Positions 40,346 through 48,514 of a stretch of 64,000 nt of DNA are shown here, one piece after another. Numbering within the stretch: position 1 is the stretch's first letter; every line of letters starts with the position of its first letter. This DNA comes from Terriglobia bacterium (GTDB lineage Bacteria > Acidobacteriota > Terriglobia > 2-12-FULL-54-10), in assembly GCA_963666975.2 (NCBI GenBank), contig CAXVYR010000004.1, forward strand, positions 1,280,001 to 1,344,000, given 5' to 3'. The notes beneath the pieces are model-generated. The model was not told where the DNA came from. It saw nothing but the letters and a program-made list of their open reading frames with translations, and ran no database searches. The translations under genes and the position numbers were made by a program.

Positions 40346-41350
40346 ATGAATGAAGCCATCAAAGTCGCTGTAGTCGGGGTCGGGCAGTTTGGCCGTCATC
40401 ATGCCCGTGTCTACAGGGACTTGCCGGAGGCGGAGTTGACGGGCGTCTTCGACATCGACGAGCAAAAAGCCGCCGCTGTAGCCGCAGAGTACAATTGCCG
40501 GAAGTTTTCCAGCTTGGAGGAGCTTTTCGGAAAGGCGGAGACGGCGAGCCTGGCCGTGCCGACCGAACTGCACTCCGAGATTGGCGTAAAGCTCTTAGAA
40601 GGCGGAATCGACCTGCTGGTGGAAAAGCCGCTGGCTCGCACCACGCCGGAAGCGGACGCGCTGATCGCCGCAGCCGAAAAACATCGCCGCATCCTGCAAG
40701 TGGGCCATCTGGAGCGCTTTAACCCGGCCGTTCAGGCGGTGCGCGAGATTCTCGGCTCGCCGCTGTTCTTTGAGGTCCACCGTCTGAGCATCTTCACCGA
40801 GCGGAGCCTCGACGTGGACGTGGTTTTGGACTTGATGATCCATGATTTGGACATCGTGCTCTCGCTGGTCGACTCGGAACCGGAGGAGATTCGGGCCGTG
40901 GGCCTTCCCGTGCTGAGCCCGAAGATTGATATTGCCAACGTACGGCTGTCCTTCCAAAATGGATGTGTGGCCAATTTCACCGCCAGCCGGGTGAGCCCGG
41001 AGAAGATTCGCAAATTGCGCTGGTTTCAGCCGCGCGAATATGTTTCACTCGATTACGCCCGTCAGGACGCGGCGGTCACAACGGTTGATATTTCCAGCGG
41101 CCGTCCCGTGCTCTCGCACCGCCGCCTGGAGCCGCCGCGTGCGGAGCCGCTCCAGTTGCAACTGGCCGACTTTCTCAGGAATGTGCGCCAGCGCACTGCT
41201 CCTGCCGTGGGGGGAAAAGAAGGGCGACGCGCGCTGCAGTTGGCGCATCAGATACTTCAGCAGATCGGCAGCCACTCCGACCGGCTGAGGACAGCGGGGC
41301 CGCAAGCCTCCTCCATTCCCACCCTGGCGGGGGGGAGCCCCGGCCGCTGA
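40346..41350 (+). CDS. Gfo/Idh/MocA oxidoreductase, GnnA-like (UDP-GlcNAc 3-dehydrogenase)
   Basis: VVGVGQFG..HAR, VEKP, VGHLERFNPA, DVDVVLDLMIHD, TASRVS; located in the lpx cluster. Confidence 0.85.
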   Translation: MNEAIKVAVVGVGQFGRHHARVYRDLPEAELTGVFDIDEQKAAAVAAEYNCRKFSSLEELFGKAETASLAVPTELHSEIGVKLLEGGIDLLVEKPLARTTPEADALIAAAEKHRRILQVGHLERFNPAVQAVREILGSPLFFEVHRLSIFTERSLDVDVVLDLMIHDLDIVLSLVDSEPEEIRAVGLPVLSPKIDIANVRLSFQNGCVANFTASRVSPEKIRKLRWFQPREYVSLDYARQDAAVTTVDISSGRPVLSHRRLEPPRAEPLQLQLADFLRNVRQRTAPAVGGKEGRRALQLAHQILQQIGSHSDRLRTAGPQASSIPTLAGGSPGR

Positions 41351-41405
41351 TTTTTTTGCCTGCGGCGCATAGAGAGGACATCCTGCCAAGGGGCAGCCGG
41401 GAACC

Positions 41406-42404
41406 ATGACGGATTGGGAACCCCATCTGTTGCTGGAGCTGGAGCTGGAAAACGAGCGCACTTCATCGCGCCGCAGGGAGACCTTTCTTTTATCCGTTAT
41501 CGTCCATCTGGTGGTCGTTCTGGTCGTCATCACGATGCCGGATCTGTTCCGCAGGGCGTTCCCGGAGGTACTCGTTCCCGCGCCGAGGGAGCAGGACGTG
41601 ACGCTGCTCTATCAACCGCCGGACCTGCCGGAGGTGGAGATTCCTCCGGATACGCCGGTGCTTTCCGACAGCAACCGCAGGGCACAGCCGGGCGTGGAAG
41701 AGCCCCAGCCTCCATTGGAGTACCGGCCTCCGATCCCTCCGCCTTCTGTCCTGGAGCGCGATCTGGAAGAGAGAGCCATGGGAGAACTGCCGGAGATCGG
41801 TCTCCCGGAATTCTCAGAGGTTCCGGAAGAATCGCCACCAGAGGAGACGGACGAGGGCCAGCGGGCGGCGCTGGAGCCTGTGCTGCCTCCCGAAACAACC
41901 GCGCCTCCAACCGATGCCCAGCTGACGTTGTCCCAGATCGTTCCGCCAAGCCGGGGAACAGACGCCATCTTAAAAGGGATGGCGAAGGAGCGCGCCTCGG
42001 GTGGCGGAGGACAATCGTTCCAGGGCGGATTTCCCGGCACCGGCCCGCAGAATCCGAACCTCTACCTTCCCGGACCCCAAATCCTTTCCGACACGATGGG
42101 CGTCGATTTTCGTCCGTATCTGTTGCGGATGCTTGCGCTGGTGCGCCGCAACTGGTATGCCGTAATCCCGGAGATCGCGCGCCTCGGAAGGCAAGGGAGG
42201 GTGGTGCTGCAGTTCTCCATCCTGCGCGACGGCTCTGTGCCGGACCTGATTCTGGCGGAGGGTTCCGGCACCCGCTCGCTCGATGGGGCGGCCCTGGCCA
42301 GCATCCGCCTGTCGAACCCCTTTCCGGCCTTGCCGCAGGAGTTCCCCGGCGCCGACATCCGCATGCAGTTCACCTACCTGTATAACTTGCCGGTTGAATA
42401 TTGA
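41406..42404 (+). CDS. TonB-family energy transducer
   Basis: TM helix with S...H, Pro/Glu-rich linker, TonB_C domain (ILSDT.GVDF.PY, G.VV..F.I.RDG, SG...LD.AA). Confidence 0.85.
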   Translation: MTDWEPHLLLELELENERTSSRRRETFLLSVIVHLVVVLVVITMPDLFRRAFPEVLVPAPREQDVTLLYQPPDLPEVEIPPDTPVLSDSNRRAQPGVEEPQPPLEYRPPIPPPSVLERDLEERAMGELPEIGLPEFSEVPEESPPEETDEGQRAALEPVLPPETTAPPTDAQLTLSQIVPPSRGTDAILKGMAKERASGGGGQSFQGGFPGTGPQNPNLYLPGPQILSDTMGVDFRPYLLRMLALVRRNWYAVIPEIARLGRQGRVVLQFSILRDGSVPDLILAEGSGTRSLDGAALASIRLSNPFPALPQEFPGADIRMQFTYLYNLPVEY

Positions 42405-42512
42405 TCGCGCCCATGGAAGTTTCTCGCCACCAGCTTTTGGGTACTCTGCTGTTGTTGATCTTCCTGGTCTTGCTGGTGTGGTGGAAATACCTGCGGATGG
42501 CCCAATTCTAAG

Positions 42513-43460
42513 ATGAACAAGGACGCTTCTCTGCTGGCTATTGCAGGCCCTACCGCCAGCGGCAAATCCTCTCTGGCAATCCATCTGGCCAAACAGTTTC
42601 GGGGCGAGATCCTCAACTGCGATTCGCTCCAGATGTACCGCTACTTTGATCTCGGCTCCGCCAAGCTATCGGTGGCCGAGCGGGAGGGCGTTCCCCACCA
42701 TTTGCTCGATATCCTGAGCCCCGAGGAGGAGTTTACGGCGGGAGAGTTTGCGCGCAGGGCAAAGGAGATTCTCGCTGTTGTAACAAGTCAAGGCAAACTG
42801 CCCCTCATCGTGGGAGGGTCTGGATTTTACCTGCGGGCGCTGCTGGACGGGCTGTTCTCCGGACCTGCACGGAACCGGGAGCTGCGGGAACGGCTGCAAC
42901 TGCGGGCCGGGCAAAAAGACACGGGCTACCTGCACCGTCTGCTGCGGCGTCTGGATCCGCCCTCGGCGGAGAAGATTCATCCCCATGACACCCCCAAGCT
43001 GATCCGCGCGCTGGAGGTGTGCATCGAAACGCGGCGTTCCCTCTCTGAGTTGTTTCGGGAAGGGCGGGACTCCTTGCAGGGTTATCATGTCCTGAAGATC
43101 GGATTGAACCCTCCCCGAGCGGAGCTTTACGAAAAGATAAACCAGCGGACACGGGCGTTGTTTGAGAGCGGCTTGTTCGAGGAGGTGCGCGGCATCCTGG
43201 CCAAAGGTTTTCCCAAGACCGTCTCCCCCTTCCAATCCATCGGGTATCGCGAGGCGCTGGAATATCTGGAGGGAAAGACCGGCATGGAAGAAGCCCTCAG
43301 CGCAGCGCAAGCCAAGACGCGCCAGTATGCCAAACGGCAGATGACATGGTTTCGCAAGGAAGCCGGAGTGCGGTGGTTCTCAGGCTTCGGAACGGATCGC
43401 GCAATCCAAGCCGAGGTCAGCAACTATCTTTCTGGCGAATGGCCCGATTGGGCAGGCTAA
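42513..43460 (+). CDS. miaA: tRNA dimethylallyltransferase
   Basis: GPTASGKS, DS.Q.Y, GGSGFY, TRQYAKRQ.TWF. Confidence 0.97.
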   Translation: MNKDASLLAIAGPTASGKSSLAIHLAKQFRGEILNCDSLQMYRYFDLGSAKLSVAEREGVPHHLLDILSPEEEFTAGEFARRAKEILAVVTSQGKLPLIVGGSGFYLRALLDGLFSGPARNRELRERLQLRAGQKDTGYLHRLLRRLDPPSAEKIHPHDTPKLIRALEVCIETRRSLSELFREGRDSLQGYHVLKIGLNPPRAELYEKINQRTRALFESGLFEEVRGILAKGFPKTVSPFQSIGYREALEYLEGKTGMEEALSAAQAKTRQYAKRQMTWFRKEAGVRWFSGFGTDRAIQAEVSNYLSGEWPDWAG

Positions 43461-43564
43461 CCGTATCCTGATCCTGAATCCGAAACTAAAAGATGGAGTG
43501 GGGCCGCCGGTCATAGTAAGATAAAGCGCCTTTGGCGGCGGGTTGGCGGGAAGGCGCCGAGGTG

Positions 43565-45638
43565 ATGTTGGACAAGCAATCGCCATCCGACCGCGTACTG
43601 AGCGGAGGATATACCGAAGAAGGACGTGCCGGAGAAAGATATACCGGAGAAGGATACGCCACACCTGAGTCGCGCCGGGTTCCGCCCCGTGGCGCCGGGA
43701 AGGTATTGCTGACGAGCATTTGCCGCCCGATCGGCCCTGCGCATGGTGATGCTCCCAGCGTAGGCTATGAGCTTTTGCACGGGCAGGTCACACGGGCCCA
43801 AGGCATCTTCAGTCCGCGCGCCACCCACCACACCTTCGCCCTGGACTACATTGCCGCCAACCTGGACGCGCCAGCCGTTGTCCTCCACTATCCGTCTCGG
43901 AAGGAGCTGATCCGGGAGCTGCGGAAGCAGCCGGAGATTGTCGGCGTGGCGTTCGTGCTGGCGACGTTTCACCGCATGAAGGAGATGGCCGGGCTGATCC
44001 GGAAGCACGCTCCGAACGCCCGCGTGGTTCTGGGCGGCTACGGCACTGTGCTGGACGATGAAACGCTCGCGCCTTACGCGGACCACATCTGCCGGGAAGA
44101 GGGTGTCGGTTTTTTTCGGGCACTCCTCGGCGAGCCGCCACGCGCCCTGCCTTACGACCACCCGCTCGTGGTGAGCACCCTGCGGGTCTTCTCGGTTCCC
44201 GCGGGCCGGACCGGCATGATCTTCGCGGGACTGGGCTGTCCTCACGGCTGCGACTTCTGCTGCACCTCCCACTTCTTCCAGCGCCGGCACATTCGTCTGC
44301 TCCCCACCGGCGACGACATCTTCCGGGTCATTGAGCGGTATCTTGAAATCGATCCGAAGATGCACTTCACAATCCTTGACGAAGATTTTCTCGTCGCCAG
44401 GGACCGGGCGGTCCGCCTGCGCGAACTGGTCCAAGCGCGGGGGACGCCGCTTTCGATCTTCGCTTTCGCCACGGTGAAGGCGCTGAGCCGCATCACTCCG
44501 AGGGAATTGCTGGAGACCGGCATCGACGGCGTCTGGATCGGCTTTGAGGGCAAGCGCTCCGGCTTCGCCAAGCAGCAGGGCCGGCCGCTGGAAGAGTTGA
44601 TCCCCGATTTGCGGTCCCACGGCATCAGCGTTCTGGCCTCGATGATCCTGGGATTCGATTACCAGACCTCCGACATCGTTCGCGAGGAACTTTCGCAACT
44701 TCTGGCGCTGAAGCCGGCGCTGGCGCAGTTCCTCATCTACGGCCCAACCCCGGGCACGCCTTTTTTCGAGCGCGTCATGAAACAGGGAAGCCTCCAGCCC
44801 GAACTGGCCGGGGATCCGGAACGCTACTATAAGGCGTGCGACGGATTCACGGCCATGGTTCGTCATCCGAGCCTGACTGCGACCGACATCGAGCGTTTGC
44901 AGCGCGAATGTTTTGATACCGACTTCCGAGTCCAGGGCCCCACCATTCTGCGGCTGGCCGAGGTCTGGCTGCAGGGGTGGAAGCGGTACCATGACGCCGA
45001 CTCCGCCTACCTGCGCGCCAAAGCAGCGCGCTGGGCCGAGGACATCTGGCATGCGTACCCGGTTTTTCAGGTGGCGAGGCGCTGGGGGCCAAACCCGGAA
45101 GCCGCGGCCCGTCTGCTGGCAGACATCAAAGCCACGCTCGGCCCGCCCAGCCTCGCCCGGCGCAGCCTTGCCTTGGCAGCGCCGCTGGCCGCCGCCTGGA
45201 CGCGCTTCACGATGCAATACGACCGCTTTCAAGCACCCCCGGCTCCAGCGCCGCGCCTACCGTTGTTCGCGCTGGGCTCTCCGGCCGGGCAAGATCGGCT
45301 CGCTGCGGGTGGAGATCGAACGCGCCCTGAAACCCACGCTGAAATCCATGGTGAAACCCACGGTGGTAAAGCTGGAGGGCGCCATGGACCGGGCCAGCGC
45401 GCGCCGCCTCGCTGCCGGGATACTCACCTACCTCCAGACGACCGACGCGCACGTCCACTTGGTCGTGGCCGAAGGAACCTACGCAACACGGCGGCACCTG
45501 CGGATCTTGGAGAAATGGCTTGCCCGCCAGCGCCATCGAGTTTCCGTGGCGATACCCTCCGCTCCGGCGATCTGGAATCAGATTGATCTCAATAAATCCT
45601 ATTCCGTTCTGAATTGTCTCGATGGGATCGAGGATTAA
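43565..45638 (+). pseudogene. B12-binding radical SAM protein with frameshifted STAS-like C-terminal domain
   Basis: VVLGGYG B12 domain, GCPHGCDFC motif; +1 frameshift near 45230 (YDRFQ / HPRLQRR); C-terminal TVVKLEGAMD..SA..L. The main ORF may still give an active enzyme. Confidence 0.75.
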
Positions 45639-45647
45639 AATCGGATC

Positions 45648-46475
45648 ATGCGCGTCTCGGAATGGATTGCAATCGTTTATTTTCTCTGTGTAATCCTGCT
45701 GTTGTTTTTTTCCAGCCTCGCCTGGCGACGGCGGATTTTGGTTTTGCTCTCCAGCTCGGCGCTGATAGCCTTGCTCTTGCTGCTTCCTTACGGGGAGCGG
45801 CTCTCCTCGCCGCAGTTCCTGCCGGTGGCGCGCGACTGCTTGCCGCTGCTGATGATTCTGTCGGCGTATTACCAGGCGGGGCTGCTGATCTCCGCCCGCC
45901 GGGACCACGCCTGGGAGCAGAGGCTGCTGGCATGGGACAAGACCCTGCTTGAAAAAAGCTGGCTGCACCGGCTGCGCGCCTCTGCGCGCTGGCTGGAACA
46001 GTTCGGGGAAGGCGCCTACTTGTTATGCTATCTCGTGGTCCCGCTGGCCATCCCCATTTTATATCTGGCCCGGCAACAAGATTTGGTCGACCAGTTCTGG
46101 AGCGCGGTGCTGCCCGCCGTCCTGCTTTGTTACGGCGTGTCGCCTTTTTTCCCTTCTTTGCCTCCTCGCAGCAGCGCTCCCGGCCTGCACCTGCCGGGGA
46201 AGAGTTTGTTTCTCCGCAGGGTGAACCTTTGGGTCTTAAAATATGGCAGCATTCAGTCCACCATCTTTCCCAGCGCCCACGTGGCCGCCGCGACGGCGAC
46301 CGCCCTGGCGTTGTCGCGCGTCCTGCCGCTGGTGGGAGCGTTGTATTTGGTGATCGCAATAGGGATTGCCCTGGGCTCGGTATTCGGCCGTTATCACTAC
46401 GCGGCGGACAGCATCCTGGGCGTGCTGGCCGGCGTGGCAGGCTTTGCGCTGTCCGGCTGGCTTTTCCCGCCCTGA
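45648..46475 (+). CDS. PAP2-family (AUR1-like) membrane phosphatase
   Basis: P.LPPR, FPSAHVA, GRYHY..D motifs with TM helices. Confidence 0.9.
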   Translation: MRVSEWIAIVYFLCVILLLFFSSLAWRRRILVLLSSSALIALLLLLPYGERLSSPQFLPVARDCLPLLMILSAYYQAGLLISARRDHAWEQRLLAWDKTLLEKSWLHRLRASARWLEQFGEGAYLLCYLVVPLAIPILYLARQQDLVDQFWSAVLPAVLLCYGVSPFFPSLPPRSSAPGLHLPGKSLFLRRVNLWVLKYGSIQSTIFPSAHVAAATATALALSRVLPLVGALYLVIAIGIALGSVFGRYHYAADSILGVLAGVAGFALSGWLFPP

Positions 46476-46608
46476 AACCTTGCGGTCTGGAACGGTTCCT
46501 GGCTAATCATCGCGCGAGAAAAACCGCAGAAGAAAAATCCGGAAGGAAAGTAATTGTACCGTCGCGGCTGCCCCAGCTCCCACCCCATAACTGCGCTAAA
46601 ATGTAAGT

Positions 46609-47247
46609 ATGCGCATGGTGCCGAGCTTGGCGATTCTTGTCCTATTGTTTCCTGCCACGTTACCGGCAGTCCTGCCGGAGCTGAAACCTCCCGATATTCG
46701 CCGGGCGCTGGCGATGGTGCGGGCGAGCGAAGACGACTCCTGGCTGGAAAACTACCGCCGCACATACCCTTTCCGCGCTCCGCAGTTTGTGGAGAAGATC
46801 GAACTCACAACCGACTTCACACGGACGCTGCTGCGGGCGCGCACGCAGCAGCAAGTGGGCAACTATTACACCGAATTTCAAGCCGAGCGAGACTACCGTG
46901 GAAAAAATCACAAGGTCGTCGAGGTCGTTGCGCTGATTTCGCTTTCACCGCAGGCCATCCCCGCCTCGATTGTCTCGCCTTTCAGCGGCTATTCTATTCT
47001 GATTGTTTACACGGACCCGCAAGGCCGTCCTGTGCGCCGCAGCTACTCCGGCAGGCAGATTCTGCGCAAGCTGCTTTGCGGGGGGTTGGAGTGCGCCCAG
47101 CCATCTCCCGAGCGCATTGACGGGGCCGAGTTGAAGGTGTTGCTTCCCCTGGGCTGGATCGATCCGGCGAGCGACTTGACGGTGATCGTTATTGCGTCGG
47201 ATGAGCGCAGCACCGCCGCCTTGTTTAACCTCTCCGAGTTGCCGTAA
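46609..47247 (+). CDS. secreted hypothetical protein
   Basis: Signal peptide, 212-aa ORF with coding-like codon usage. Confidence 0.7.
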   Translation: MRMVPSLAILVLLFPATLPAVLPELKPPDIRRALAMVRASEDDSWLENYRRTYPFRAPQFVEKIELTTDFTRTLLRARTQQQVGNYYTEFQAERDYRGKNHKVVEVVALISLSPQAIPASIVSPFSGYSILIVYTDPQGRPVRRSYSGRQILRKLLCGGLECAQPSPERIDGAELKVLLPLGWIDPASDLTVIVIASDERSTAALFNLSELP

Positions 47248-47433
47248 TCGCGCGGCCAGCGGAAGATAAAGTTGTGGCGTCCTGCTGTTTCCCACCCCAA
47301 GCGGGATACATTGACACATGCTGCACGGCCTCATAAAATGGTCAGTGAAGATGGCAACGGCTTTACTTCGTGTCTCTGGAGGTCTTTCCAAGATGTTCGT
47401 GGAGAATGGCTGGGTTGCTCGGGAAGGGGGAGT

Positions 47434-47862
47434 ATGGAACTCAATGACAATCTCAAACAACTGACTAAGAATTTGGGGACAGCGATCAATGAATCGCTCT
47501 CGAACTCCGAGCCCATCTCCGAGGCAATCGCCAGCATCAAGGACGCCGGCTATGATGTGTTCCTGGTTCTGGAGGCCACCATCGGTTTCAACAAGCGAGG
47601 CGAGGAAGCCCAGATCCAACTGCCGCAAGGCCCCGCAGGCGAACTCAATCTTACGCCCCAAGACGCCCGGTTTTTGAAGTCGCTGAAAATCAGCATCACT
47701 GGCCCGGAAGATCTGCCGGCGGAAGATCTCGCCGCAAGGGCAAACGCGGCCGCAAGGCCCCGCAGGCGAACTCCTTACGCCCCAAGACGCCCGGTTTTTG
47801 AAGTCGCTGAAAATCAGCATCACTGGCCCGGAAGATCTGCCGGCGAAATAAATTTATTCTGA
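47434..47862 (+). CDS. conserved small hypothetical protein, C-terminus extended by duplication
   Basis: GGGGAG RBS; LG.AINESL..S..I.EAIA.IK.AGYDVFLVLEATIGFN..D..FL.SLKI. Confidence 0.75.
   Translation: MELNDNLKQLTKNLGTAINESLSNSEPISEAIASIKDAGYDVFLVLEATIGFNKRGEEAQIQLPQGPAGELNLTPQDARFLKSLKISITGPEDLPAEDLAARANAAARPRRRTPYAPRRPVFEVAENQHHWPGRSAGEINLF
47622..47845. repeat. ~100-bp tandem duplication of the gene 3' end
   Basis: 47622-47721 repeated at 47749-47845 with a 3-bp deletion. Confidence 0.9.
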
Positions 47863-48501
47863 TTATTGCCCCCTCGCTTTCCGTCGCGACTGGATCAAGG
47901 CGCGGCGCTGCTCCGCATCCAGCAACTTGATTACCTTGGAAAGGTGCTGGCCTTCCAGTTCCTCTAGTTTTGCCGGGTCTGCCTGTCCACCCTCTCCGCG
48001 TAGCTGACGCCGTTGCCGGTTGTATTCGCGGAATTCGGTTTGCAGCAGCTCTGCTTGCTCGCTGCTGAGAGGAGCCCCGACTTCTTCCAACATCAACCGT
48101 AGCGCCGGGTAACCGCCCCGCCGGCGTATCTGCTCGTTGCGGTAATTGTCCCAAACCTCAATCTGCTCCGCCGTAAGCACGCCCCGTATTTTTTCCTGCA
48201 TCTCGCCGCCAAAGCGGCCTCTGCCGCCGAAAGCTCCCCGGCGTTCCCCTCCGCGTTCCCGCCTGCGCTCTCCGCCGCCTTCTTGCCTTCGCTGGCGGAA
48301 CTGCTCCCGGAAGGCACGCCTCTGTTCTTCCATAATCGTCTGAAGCGTCTCCTGCTGCTCGTCGCTCAGGGGAACGCCAGCCTCCGCCAGCATGTTCTGA
48401 ACCTGCTCCAGCGGGTTTCGGCGGCGGAAGTCTTCTCCGCGCTGGGCCAGCAAGGGAAGGAAAATGAGCAAGGCCAGCGAAATCCATACAACACGTTTCA
48501 T
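47863..48501 (-). CDS. periplasmic Spy/CpxP-like helical protein
   Basis: Signal peptide; LSDEQ, LTAEQ, LSSEQ, LDAEQ (LTxxQ-like) motifs. Confidence 0.7.
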   Translation of the reverse strand: MKRVVWISLALLIFLPLLAQRGEDFRRRNPLEQVQNMLAEAGVPLSDEQQETLQTIMEEQRRAFREQFRQRRQEGGGERRRERGGERRGAFGGRGRFGGEMQEKIRGVLTAEQIEVWDNYRNEQIRRRGGYPALRLMLEEVGAPLSSEQAELLQTEFREYNRQRRQLRGEGGQADPAKLEELEGQHLSKVIKLLDAEQRRALIQSRRKARGQ

Positions 48502-48514
48502 GTTTCTTCACTCC

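Noticed and set aside
45220-45245. Programmed ribosomal frameshift in the radical SAM gene
   Set aside because: No canonical slippery heptamer is visible; a single-base insertion explains it.
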